In this document: positions 43,493 to 54,334 of the stretch, one piece after another | How the letters are laid out: each line of letters starts with the position of its first letter | Numbering within the stretch: position 1 is the stretch's first letter | From: Tetramitus jugosus | Lineage: Eukaryota; Protista; Heterolobosea | Direction: 5' to 3' | Assembly: GCA_937625935.1 (NCBI GenBank) | Contig: OW569386.1 | Coordinates: 62,001 to 126,000 of the forward strand | DNA length: 64,000 nt | Program-made: the position numbers and the translations under genes | The notes under the pieces: model-generated | Told to the model about the DNA's origin: nothing | The model's database searches: none | What the model saw: the letters and a program-made list of their open reading frames with translations, nothing else

Positions 43493-45754
43493 TTATTCGT
43501 TGAGATCCACATCTATATCCTCACATACGTTGGATTCATTATCTGCAATACAACGAGAGAAAAAATTTGTTTGTGTCGTGTCGCCTGCGCCAATGAACAC
43601 GAACCGCCTGCAAGATTGATAGCGCTGATAAATGTAGCACAGTTGAGCTTCCAACATGTTATCACAATCGACTACAAACACGTATTGATTGGATCTGGAA
43701 ATGATATCAGGCAGTGGTTGAGACAAGTTGCACACGACAATGAATTGGTTTTCTGACAGTTTCAATTGACCACTCGAAGGGCAGTCATAGTACACAATGT
43801 GCTTATCCGTACCAATTGCCCTCTTCAATTTTTCATCGATAGGACACACAATTGGCAGACAAATCATAATGACACCTCTTACTCGACGCACTCTCTCCAT
43901 CACAGCATCAATGTAAGTGTTGAGCTTTGTGTGACCATGGACGACCAGGTTTCCGTTATCCATGCGCAGAATCTTCTCCACCACGGTCTCTGCCTTTTGT
44001 TTGTACTCTAGAGTGAACCGTGGACGAGGTGGCTGAAGATTGCCCTGCTTAATATCACTATACAGCTTAATGAGTTGAAAGAAGTCGATTTGACACCTTT
44101 GAATCTTAACATTGTCCAAGAGCTGAAATTGGCTAGACAGTGACACTCGTATATCAACTGACACATCACTCTCTGTATCGTTCTCAAAAATGTCATAGAC
44201 ACCGAGACATTGTTCGTTGGCACTGTTGGACACATGAAAGAGATCATAGCACTTGATGTGAGAAAATGTAGCACCTCCAGTGGCTTTCACTGTCAATACA
44301 CGATATGTGGTTGTTGCATCGACGGGCCCTATTGCCTTCTTTATATTGACAATTTCTCCCTGAATTTCCTCTCTGCGAGTGGCCGAATAGATTAGAGTTT
44401 GTAATTTTCGCAACAACTCATTGTTGGTCACTCGATTCCAAAGTGAAGAATCAGTAGCAAATGACACGTTTGCTTCACTTGATGGTGTCAATGATGAGGA
44501 ATCAGAAGAAGCAGAGCAAGTTGCGAGAACATGATCAATTAACTCTAGCCACACGAGCATCATGCCTGAATCGATACCATGATTCTTCATCTTGGAAGAA
44601 GAACTGCGAGTCGCTGTGGTGGTGCTTCTTGTTGCTGCTGCTGCTTTTTTTGCTTTTGGGAGAGTGCTTGTCAATCGAACTACGGTTTTAGCTCGGTTCT
44701 TGCTGTCCATTGGTGCATCATCATCATCATCGTTCAACACATTCTTGGCCCTTGAATGAAAGGTTGATGGTACTGCTCTTGTGTTATCTCTTCTTGTCGC
44801 AGTAGTACTAGTAGCACTAGTAGCACTAGTAGCAGTTGTTGTAGTTGTTTCTAATAATAAAGCGGATTGAGAGGGTGATGTAGATGCCTTGTTAATCATG
44901 TGTTTCGGAACACCTGAATGATTCATCTCTGCATTCTTCCGATTCACAATTTTTGTCATTGATGATGATGACGATGACGATGATGAAGAAGCAGAAGCAG
45001 AAGATGATGTGCGTTGTCGTTTCTTCTCAGGCTGTCGTTGTTGCTGTGTTGCAGATGATGATCGACTCTTCTCTCTTTTCATTGCATTCGATTGTACTCT
45101 TGCACCTGCTTTAGAAGAAGATGATACATGAGCACGAGAGTTCACAATCATTACTGCTCTCTTTTCTCTCATGAGTTTCTCCTTGAGTTTCTTGTCTGTT
45201 CTCGTTGGTGAATCAGGCATTAACAGTGCTTCTTCTTCTTCATCACCACTGTTGTTGTTGTGACCAAACTCTGCTTCATTGTCATCATCATCTTCATCTT
45301 CATCATCACCATACTCATCATCACTATCACCATCATAGGTATGATCACCTTGACAACGTCTCCTCACCACTCCTACTTTATCATCCTTTAAATTTGCGAC
45401 TTCTTCTTCATCTTCATCATCATCATCACTACCACCACCATACTCTTCATTTTCATCATGATCTTCTTCATGATCAGAAGGTTGATAATCATAGTCTTCC
45501 AGTAATGTGCTTGATTTTCGTTTATTTGTACTTGTTGTTGTTGTCGCGTTGATTATTGCACTGCGATTGATGAATTGTGGAATCACATCAGATGATTTGA
45601 TGATGATGATTTGGTTCGCATTCTTCTCCTTCTTCGTATCATGATTGTTGTTGTTGTCGGGAGGAGGAGGCGGAGGCGGAGGAGGAGTGAATGCGTAGAG
45701 TTTGCTCATCTTTTCATTGGCCGCATTTTTGCATCCTCTTGTTGCTCTCTTCAT
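43493..45754 (-). CDS. Protein with low-complexity N-terminus and degenerate RecD/SF1B helicase-like C-terminal domain
   Basis: 753-aa ORF; YVFVVDCDNML...RRFVFIGAGDTTQ echoes SF1 motifs II/III. Confidence 0.6.
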   Translation of the reverse strand: MKRATRGCKNAANEKMSKLYAFTPPPPPPPPPDNNNNHDTKKEKNANQIIIIKSSDVIPQFINRSAIINATTTTSTNKRKSSTLLEDYDYQPSDHEEDHDENEEYGGGSDDDDEDEEEVANLKDDKVGVVRRRCQGDHTYDGDSDDEYGDDEDEDDDDNEAEFGHNNNSGDEEEEALLMPDSPTRTDKKLKEKLMREKRAVMIVNSRAHVSSSSKAGARVQSNAMKREKSRSSSATQQQRQPEKKRQRTSSSASASSSSSSSSSSMTKIVNRKNAEMNHSGVPKHMINKASTSPSQSALLLETTTTTATSATSATSTTATRRDNTRAVPSTFHSRAKNVLNDDDDDAPMDSKNRAKTVVRLTSTLPKAKKAAAATRSTTTATRSSSSKMKNHGIDSGMMLVWLELIDHVLATCSASSDSSSLTPSSEANVSFATDSSLWNRVTNNELLRKLQTLIYSATRREEIQGEIVNIKKAIGPVDATTTYRVLTVKATGGATFSHIKCYDLFHVSNSANEQCLGVYDIFENDTESDVSVDIRVSLSSQFQLLDNVKIQRCQIDFFQLIKLYSDIKQGNLQPPRPRFTLEYKQKAETVVEKILRMDNGNLVVHGHTKLNTYIDAVMERVRRVRGVIMICLPIVCPIDEKLKRAIGTDKHIVYYDCPSSGQLKLSENQFIVVCNLSQPLPDIISRSNQYVFVVDCDNMLEAQLCYIYQRYQSCRRFVFIGAGDTTQTNFFSRCIADNESNVCEDIDVDLNE

Positions 45755-45886
45755 TTGGAAGCTTGGTTGTTGTTGCAGTGTTCTTCAATTGTTGTTTTGG
45801 GGGATTGGTTTTTTGTTTGGGTGGATGGATGAGGGACAATAATTTCGTGCTTTCACCAATGACCAGTTCCTTCAAAAACAAGAAAT

Positions 45887-47913
45887 TTATTCTTCGAGAG
45901 CGAGTGTGAGGTCCAAACTCTGTATCTCCATGTCATCTTTAGCATCTCGTTCCATGACACTAATTTTCCTTCGTCTCGCTGTTGCCAACACCTCTCTGCC
46001 CTCTACAGTGTCCTTATCGGCCACAGTTGGATTAAAGTTGAATCTGGGCATCCCAAAGAGAACACCAATGTAACCTGGTACATTAAATAGTGTCAACAGG
46101 GCGATCACAACCATTAACATGGGGAAGAAATTGACAAAGCCTCCACCCACGATATCAATAATTGTTGGTTTACTCACAAGAGTCGAACCAATTTGTTTCA
46201 GTCCATCCAACTTTAGTGTGCCCATAATTTGGTAGTATGCAACACTGTCCTTGCTCGTCACTCCAACCATTTGAAGGAAATTGTAACATAGAGAAGGACA
46301 GACACGACCAAGAAACACAGCAGTGTACAAGATTGATCCAGCATCCGTGTAATGAGGAATCAATTGGTACAGAGAATAAATCTCAATTCGAAACAGGGCA
46401 AATAGGACAATCAAGAACATTAATCCAATCACAACCAGAGAAACAATCTAGGACATTGTACAGTCAATAAGTCAGTATCACGCACACATACACAAAATAT
46501 AAGGAGCTAATATGTCACTGTCTGCACTCACCTGTAGCAATGGACGAATTTTGACCAACGCATGAATCAAATGATAAAACACTGAAAGATGTAAATCATC
46601 TCTCTTCTTTGGCATTACAAATACAAATAGAGGCGTAAACTCGCAATACAGGAGCACCAATGCAAATGGGATAAACAAGATTGCAATCGAACGCATCACA
46701 ATTTTCCTCAAGTATTTGTACCAATAATATTCTGGAATGTTGAACAGAGAGGCTCTGATCCCTGTTCTTGGTTTTCTAAATGGCGTATTGATCTTTCTAT
46801 TCGCAGAATCCTTGTTTGTTGAATCAAGAACATCTTCAATGAAGAAAGCTCTTTCCTGCAAGTATTCCCAATTGTATTTACTGCGATAATATGCTTGCAT
46901 TGCTTTCTTCACTCGCTTATGTAATTGAGCCAACTTTGATCGCTTCAAAGTATCAATATCATCCTTTGTTAAATTGGACGGCCGTACTCGCATATATTCA
47001 AACTCCTTTTCGCAAGTCTTCAAAATCATATCTACAAATTTTCTCAATGAGTGATCGCTTGGCACTCTTTCGTCGTATGCCTTGACATCACTCAACACTT
47101 CCTTTAATGCGGACTCGTTATCATTCACTGTATCTTCCATCTTCACTGCCTGGAACTCAATAAAGCTCAATGATCTCTTCATATCAGCTTGTTGCCACAT
47201 GTATCGCGGAAAATCAACAATGCCATAGCCCATCAAGCAAATCATAATCAATAAACCGAATGAGGCAGATAAGCTCTGACCGATACCTAACAGCATACTC
47301 ACACTGAGCTCAGTCTTTATCTCTGATTTCTTGTTGGACAAAACAATATACACAATGAGTCCAACAACAGCAACGAGACCAACAGAAACCATAATGGCAA
47401 ACGTAATGATATGTTCGAGTGCAGATGCTAATATTCGCCTCATAAACGTAAATTCACCATTGTACACATAGGTACCTGACAATGGAATGGCAAACCATGC
47501 CAACACTTGAATGCTCCAATAAATAATTCTCCAAATGACCATGAGATATTTGGGTGGACTCTTGGTCACACTTGTCGATGTTTCACGTGTTTCATACAAG
47601 CCCTAATAATTTGAGTAACAATAACAGCAACAATAACAGCAACAACAAGATGAAAACATTCGTAAGAAATCAGTCAAAAAGAAGAGCTGCTCTAAACAAA
47701 CAACCAAAGTAAACATACAGATGATAGATCAATGGTGACCAAAAACACTGAATACAACAGAATAGACAAGTGACAAAAGAGTGCAATGTAAATTCCCCAC
47801 GAGAAACGGCTCTTTCTCGTAAAATATCTCAGAATACTAAAAACACAGAGAGCAGCCAGAAACAGGCATGAAATCAGTGCCAATGAATCATAAATGATTG
47901 TTATATCTTGCAT
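45887..47913 (-). CDS. LMBR1-family membrane protein (LMBRD2-like); introns 47603-47718 and 46448-46531
   Basis: WRIIYWS.Q.LAWF.IP...Y...GEF, GYGIVDFPR..W, YQLIPHYTD..S, R....LCYNFL; three exons join in frame. Confidence 0.88.
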
Positions 47914-48461
47914 TGCAAGTATCAATTCGCGTTCTTTCACTAATGGTTTCAATGATGCCTTTTGTTTCGATGTGTCTTTCAAGAATCAATCAACCAGTGA
48001 CAGAGAAAGAAAACTGTCTGCTCTGTGCAACAACAAGTGGATATGAGTTGAATCTCTGATCAAGATTCGGGTCAAACTCTCTCTTGTTTTTTGTTTGTTT
48101 TTGTTTGCTTTGTGCAATGGAAGCTGTGCCTTCTTGGTGGTCTCTCAAAGAAATCTGTGCCCAGAGAATTCCCAAAGAGAATCCTCGTTATCACCCGCCA
48201 AGCGGAGTTATGAGATATTTCGCTCCATGACCCAGTAAAAAAACGATCTGTAGAGTCGGAGTGATCATCGGGGTAAATCGATCGGACAAACACTTCCCCT
48301 TGTGCGATGATGCAGTAGACGTCGTGTTCTGTCATGAACTGCCCTATCCCCCTGAAGAATCGACGCCTGAGCCTTGTTCCATAAAAACATCTACCTATTT
48401 TCCAATCCAAAACGACAGCACACAGTGGCGACTACATAGCCGCACAAAAAAGACACATACT

Positions 48462-50696
48462 ATGAAGCTTCTTGCACATTTTCTTTCCGTGTTGTTGTTG
48501 CTCTGCGTGACTCTGATGATTCTCTTGACAGTGTCCACTACTACTGCTGCTGCCACTGCTCACCATCATCATCAGCATCATCACAACAAGAACAAGAATA
48601 ACAACAACAAAAAATCCAATAGTGATGACGCATCCGTCAACAACCATTGCATGTACAAGTGTATCATTGATAGAAAACATCCTGTCAAGCAATGTGAAGT
48701 CTACTGTCATGCCATTGAATCCTATTATCGCAGTCGTGCTTCTACTACTACTACTACTTCTCAGAGTGATGCGACTCAAGAAGCAACAAGTCATAGCTAT
48801 TGGTCACACAAGCTGTTGATTGTTGACAATGGTGTTGCCATCAATGAACACACAACTCCATTGAGTGATGACTCATCAGACACATCGTTCAATTCTGCGT
48901 CTGTCCGTTTCGACAAGAACTTGTTTAGTACACCAAACGCATTCCAAGAATTGTTCCAATGGACACATGTTCTTCAACAGAAGTTGGGTGTCATTATGGA
49001 TCAGATGCTCACCTCTTCTGCATCAACGTCCAATGCTCAAATGAGTCGAACAAGTGCCATTGACAATCAACAATTCCACTTCTTGCCCATGCCTATTCCA
49101 TTGTCACCTGATCAATTGAATAACCATAGGTTCATGAGTCGATTGTTGGATGTTGTACCAGCGTCCGATATTGTCTACAAGGAGACATCGCCACTCATGT
49201 TCTCTGAGGCGTACAAGCAATTTTTGTTGGATGTCAACATTGATCAGAGTGCTCAAATGGGATCGGCCAATCAATCTCCAGAAGTGCTCAACAAGGTCAA
49301 ACAGATGGAACAATTGATTGAGAATGACATGAGCCAGTTTTTGGCATTTGGTGAAGCTTGTTATGCTGCTTATGAGAACTACTTGAGTGCCAACAATTTG
49401 AAGAAGGTGTCCTACACGTTTGACCAATTCTCAAAGAGCAATCAAGACTGTTTGAATGCAGATCGTTACCTAGCAGATCATACCACTCATTCCAAGGAGT
49501 TGTCCGATTATTTGAAATCGTTGAATCCGTACGATGAGTTGTTTAGTGCCATTGGTGCATTCAGTATGAACAGAGCAGATTGGAACTTTAACCGTGAGGA
49601 GATTGAGCAGTTCAAGAACACTCAGGTTCAATTGGAAGACAGTGGCGCAGCTGTAACACCTATTACTGCCAACATTGATATCATGAGATACTATTTCAAT
49701 CAGGATTACTTTGGAGGTACAGTCAAGGTGGAAGAGTCCTGCGAGATTGCCAACCTTGCATTCTCTGCACGTGCATGGAGAGAAGTGGATGTAAGTCCAA
49801 AGGATACATGGTTCAAACCAGATGTCATCAACAGATACAGAGGTCAAGGAACAAAGTCTGGTAGAAATTATATGGAAGCTGGTGGATTGATGCAGAGATA
49901 CATCTCCAAGATGCTTGTCGCATATAAGCCGGTTCTTAAAATCTTTGTCAGTGCCGCAATGAAGCAAGAGTTTATTACTCGCTCTGCTAGAATGGGATAC
50001 AGACCATTGGAGGTTGGTCCATTCATCTTTGATCGTGTTGAGTTCACTCAAGTAGTGAGCACTAATGCATTTGAGAGCTATGAGATGAAGATTGAGTGCA
50101 GAACTCAGGAGCCACAAGTCATTGGTATTAGAACAAAGACCTTCTCTCCAATTCCTGTTCCTCTACCAAGCACAAACTATGCTGCTGCATGTCAGAGAGG
50201 AGACTTGTGCATGAAGAGAATGACATTGACAGCCATTCACCGTTTCTATGCTAATGGACATCACTTCTTCACTACAAACTTCGCTGAAGGTGCAGGAAAG
50301 CATTATGAGGGAGTTGCTGGACACTGTTTGCCTGGACCTGTGCCTGGCAGTAGACCACTCTACCGATTCTACGCTCCTAGACAGGGCCAACACTTGTACA
50401 CTATCAATTACGGTGAGGTATCAACTGCTCCAATTGTCAAGCGAGTCCTATTCTTCAAGAGAACATTGGCTCCAGAATGGAATTATGAAGGAGTCGTTTG
50501 TTACATGCACACCACACAACAGGCCAACACTGCCCCATTATATAGATATTACCATAGAGCCAATGATCGATTGATTACAACTAACTATGGTGAATTGGGT
50601 GCCGGTGGTAATGGATGGTCTCAAGAAGGTGTCCTTGGTTACATCTACCCTCAATCTGAAGTTGATCAAGCCATCTCATGTTGTAAGTGTGAGTAA
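48462..50696 (+). CDS. Secreted protein with an uncharacterised core and three C-terminal DUF5648-like repeats
   Basis: Signal peptide MKLLAHFLSVLLLLCV...; three repeats (L/I)(Y/H)R(F/Y)Y....H..T.N..E.....EGV.G/CY at about 50230-50650. Confidence 0.8.
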   Translation: MKLLAHFLSVLLLLCVTLMILLTVSTTTAAATAHHHHQHHHNKNKNNNNKKSNSDDASVNNHCMYKCIIDRKHPVKQCEVYCHAIESYYRSRASTTTTTSQSDATQEATSHSYWSHKLLIVDNGVAINEHTTPLSDDSSDTSFNSASVRFDKNLFSTPNAFQELFQWTHVLQQKLGVIMDQMLTSSASTSNAQMSRTSAIDNQQFHFLPMPIPLSPDQLNNHRFMSRLLDVVPASDIVYKETSPLMFSEAYKQFLLDVNIDQSAQMGSANQSPEVLNKVKQMEQLIENDMSQFLAFGEACYAAYENYLSANNLKKVSYTFDQFSKSNQDCLNADRYLADHTTHSKELSDYLKSLNPYDELFSAIGAFSMNRADWNFNREEIEQFKNTQVQLEDSGAAVTPITANIDIMRYYFNQDYFGGTVKVEESCEIANLAFSARAWREVDVSPKDTWFKPDVINRYRGQGTKSGRNYMEAGGLMQRYISKMLVAYKPVLKIFVSAAMKQEFITRSARMGYRPLEVGPFIFDRVEFTQVVSTNAFESYEMKIECRTQEPQVIGIRTKTFSPIPVPLPSTNYAAACQRGDLCMKRMTLTAIHRFYANGHHFFTTNFAEGAGKHYEGVAGHCLPGPVPGSRPLYRFYAPRQGQHLYTINYGEVSTAPIVKRVLFFKRTLAPEWNYEGVVCYMHTTQQANTAPLYRYYHRANDRLITTNYGELGAGGNGWSQEGVLGYIYPQSEVDQAISCCKCE

Positions 50697-50753
50697 ACGA
50701 AGTAGACAACAACAATCCTATTTTATTATTGTTTTCAAGAAAAACATAAAAAC

Positions 50754-52296
50754 TTAGTCCTTGTTCTCCTCCAAGGACTCCACATAGTTCTTGTGGTCTA
50801 GATACGATCTCATAGCTCCATCATCCAAATCGGGTTCTGGTATTGGAAGATGTTCTTGGGATTTAAGAAAGTTGTGAATGTTGCTGCTGAGCTGTTTAGC
50901 TCTCCTAGAAATAACCAGACTCGACAACTTGTTTCCAGTGGTACTTCCACTGTTAAAGATATGAATCTGATAGTACAACGTCTTTTGCTCATCAATCTTC
51001 TTTAGAACATAGAGCTGAATATCCCTCAAGAAGCACACCTTGTTGAGATTGATGTTATCTAATGAGGAATGATGGCACGGCTTATAGAACAAATAAGCTT
51101 CGTTCGCTGCCTTGTTGTAGTATCCACTAATAGCCACACAGTACACTCTAGGACCAATCAGTGGAAACGGAAACTTCACATCATAAATCACCACGGCACA
51201 ACTTCGGCATTGAGATATGTTCTTATTAGGATGCATGGCTTTCAATTGCTCATGGCTATAGTAAGCAATTGTTCTCTGACCGACCACATTGTCATCGAAT
51301 CGTTGCATATACTTTGAATGGAACATGTAGTACTCACACATTTCAAATGGATAATTTAAGACACCAGAGAACTTGCATGCCGATGCGTTTTGTACCCATG
51401 AAACATCAGGCAAATAATCCAAGACTTTGGACGATTGAAATGCCATGATACGACGATTGTTGTTGCTCCAACCTACCAACTTCCAATCAAAGCTATCCTC
51501 CATCAGAGACAATTGAAATTCCATGTCGCGATCATCGACGACATGCTCCAGGAAATCAGAGTCCGTATAAGATATCTCTATTGCCTTCTTGTGTCTTCCC
51601 ACTCTCTTCACCATTGAATGCCCTGTCTTCTGTACAAATTGCATCCATGTGTGAGATCGAAGAAATCTTGGCAGTACATGACAGGTCAACTCTGTTTCTA
51701 TGGATTGAATCATCGGTCTAAATGCACTCTTTATATCACCTACGAGCCCACGCATCTGATCATACAAATTTACATTGTTTGCCGTGTGTGGTGTTGTATT
51801 CGCAGGTGTCAAATGAACGAGAATCCATTGATCAATTAAATGACACACATTGGATCGAGTGGCAGGAATTAACCGAGTCAGTTCACTTGGAGAACCATCT
51901 TTTAAGAATTGACGAGAGATTAACTGCAATTGTTTCTTAATCTTTTTTTGGAGACCACTGCTGTGGTAGTGTGATGACGTGGTTGTGGTGGTGGCAGCAC
52001 TACCACCGCCGCCAGCGTCATTCTCATACGAGTAGAAATCGAGTCGCTTGAGGTAGCGATGCAACTTTGAGCACGCAGTCAAGAAATCAATAAGCTCTGC
52101 GCTGCGTTCCTGTTTGAGGAAGAGGCGCAGACAAAATCGACAACTTTCATCTTTGGATTGTGAAGTTTGTGAAGAGAAATGTCAGCTGACATCTTCATTT
52201 GGCAAAATATGGACAAAAAAAATAATAACCGTTGTTGCCGCACTTACCCTTCAATAGATTCGATAATGTGAACACATAATCGTCATACTGCACCAT
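50754..52296 (-). CDS. RGS domain + START-like domain protein (intron about 52151-52247)
   Basis: Spliced N-terminus LSNLLKDESCRFCLRLFLKQERSAELIDFL...FLKDGSPSEL...VLPRFLRS (RGS), then a START-like region (FSGVLNYPFE, KFPFPLIGPRVYCVA). Confidence 0.78.
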
Positions 52297-52597
52297 TTGT
52301 GTCAATAGTAAGCTTTGAGTTTGTTGCTGTTGTTCTGGTTGCTGTGTTCCTTCTTTGCCTTGTGCGTCTTCGATTTTTTTTGTTGTGCTGAAATCTTTTG
52401 TTTGAGTTTGAGGCGTGATGGAAGAACAAGAATATCAAGTTGTCTAATCAGGAAGTAACACATCCGAACAATGTGACATGTCCCACATCTGCTTTACCAA
52501 AATTTTTGTCGTGGTATTATTTTGTATTAAATTAATCATCTGTCCGACTACAAAACAAGTCAATTTGCCGAGCAATTTGAATTCAAATTTCACATCT

Positions 52598-54127
52598 CTA
52601 CACACAATGCAACAAGCCGTTGATTTTTGCAGAGCGCCTCGAGATTTCAGGAGAGGCGGAGTCGGAAGATGTAATGATGGGTGACGAAGCCGTTCGCGGC
52701 GGGGAAGGACGAACGGAGTCACCATTGGGGCACACAAAGTATTTGTGATACCATTCGAGATAATCCTCTGGAAAGTAATGCTTGGATTCGCCAACTGTTT
52801 TACCTGTCTTGTCATCATCATCATCATCATTGCTATTCCTATCATGATGAGCACTTGTGTAAAACATTTCATTAAGTTGCTTGTGCATCTGAGCGTATAC
52901 TTTACTCAGATGATACTTGTCAAAACTCGCTGTTTGATTATGATGAAAATTATTGTTGTTGTTGTTGTTGTCAATGTTCCTTATTGATGATGTGATTGTT
53001 GCAGTTTCAGTTGTTGGAAGGTTCATTGTCCGAGGAGGAGGTGCAGCAGCTGTACGAGTCAAACTAGGCATCTGATTCTGCTGTTGACCAACACCAACAA
53101 CAACAGAACCATATAACCTGCTCTGTTGTTGATGACTAAAATTCACACTAGTATGATTGGTATTATTGGTATTGATAATAGTATTCGTATTATTGGTATT
53201 ATTCGTATTATTCGTATTGATAGTATTATTGCTGCTAATAGTGTTGTTGGTATTGGCATTGACATTAGTATTGGTTGGCAGGGATCGTGAAATAACGCCA
53301 GACGCATTGGACAAAAATCCATCACAGGACATTGGATTCAGAGCGTTCAAATCAAAATCAAGCAATGAACCAACGGACATTGGATCTCTCACTGTATCAA
53401 TTTTTTTGTTTTGCCAATGAAAACTACCAGTGTTATTATTATGATGACTCTGATTATTGTTATTCATGTTGTTGTTGTTATTCATGTTGGATATGGAGGA
53501 TCTAGATGTTAATTTTGGCTTTTTTGCTGCTCCCTTCATCAATCTTTGTATGGTTCTCTTCCTAATATTATCATTTGCATTACTAGAACTATTTGTGTTG
53601 TTGTTGTTGTTGTTATCAGAAGTGTTATTGGATGATGATGGTGCGATTCTCCAATGACTAGCAAAACCAGTGGAGCCACATGGTTTCATTGTTGGTACGG
53701 ACTCGTTTGAGACACCACTGTTTTTGGTGGCATAATTATTATTGTTGTTGTTGTTGCTGCTGTTGTTGAAAAGAGGTGATGAAGATGAGATTGATGATGA
53801 TAATGGGATTGGTGCACCACCATCACTGGCAGATGTTGTGGAGGAATAAGTGTTGGATTTGTCAGAGTATTGTTGTTGTTGGTGTTGTTGTTGTAGTGTT
53901 GACCGAGTTTGATCTCGTGAGAATGGTGATGGAGGTGTTGATGTTGTTGTCGTAGTGGTCAAGCTTGCTTGAGACACGAGCTTGACATTGGCCGAAGAAT
54001 TGGCGGCATTACCGAGAAAGCTGTAGAATCGGTTGTCGAGAGGGTCGTGCACATTGTTCTTTTCTCTAGCTTTCCTCTTTTTTGTGTGATTGGAACTACT
54101 ATTGTTGATGTTGTTATTAGTAGGCAT
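52598..54127 (-). CDS. Asn/Ser-rich low-complexity hypothetical protein
   Basis: 509-aa ATG ORF with NLS-like KKRKAR and a short complex C-terminal segment. Confidence 0.6.
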   Translation of the reverse strand: MPTNNNINNSSSNHTKKRKAREKNNVHDPLDNRFYSFLGNAANSSANVKLVSQASLTTTTTTSTPPSPFSRDQTRSTLQQQHQQQQYSDKSNTYSSTTSASDGGAPIPLSSSISSSSPLFNNSSNNNNNNNYATKNSGVSNESVPTMKPCGSTGFASHWRIAPSSSNNTSDNNNNNNTNSSSNANDNIRKRTIQRLMKGAAKKPKLTSRSSISNMNNNNNMNNNNQSHHNNNTGSFHWQNKKIDTVRDPMSVGSLLDFDLNALNPMSCDGFLSNASGVISRSLPTNTNVNANTNNTISSNNTINTNNTNNTNNTNTIINTNNTNHTSVNFSHQQQSRLYGSVVVGVGQQQNQMPSLTRTAAAPPPRTMNLPTTETATITSSIRNIDNNNNNNNFHHNQTASFDKYHLSKVYAQMHKQLNEMFYTSAHHDRNSNDDDDDDKTGKTVGESKHYFPEDYLEWYHKYFVCPNGDSVRPSPPRTASSPIITSSDSASPEISRRSAKINGLLHCV

Positions 54128-54334
54128 GATGATGTCTCTCTTGTGTATTTTGTGCGCGCCAGTGTTTTTTCAAACGTCGACTCTTCTCTTTTGCTGTTGT
54201 TGTTTCGAAGGGAAACCGACCTGTCAGGAAAAAAGAAAATGCCCGACGGAGTGGAGCGAATTAGGCACTCGCGATAACAATTATGCGCTGAGGTGTTCAC
54301 ACCAATGGCTCACGGCAAAGACGTTGGCTTGCTT

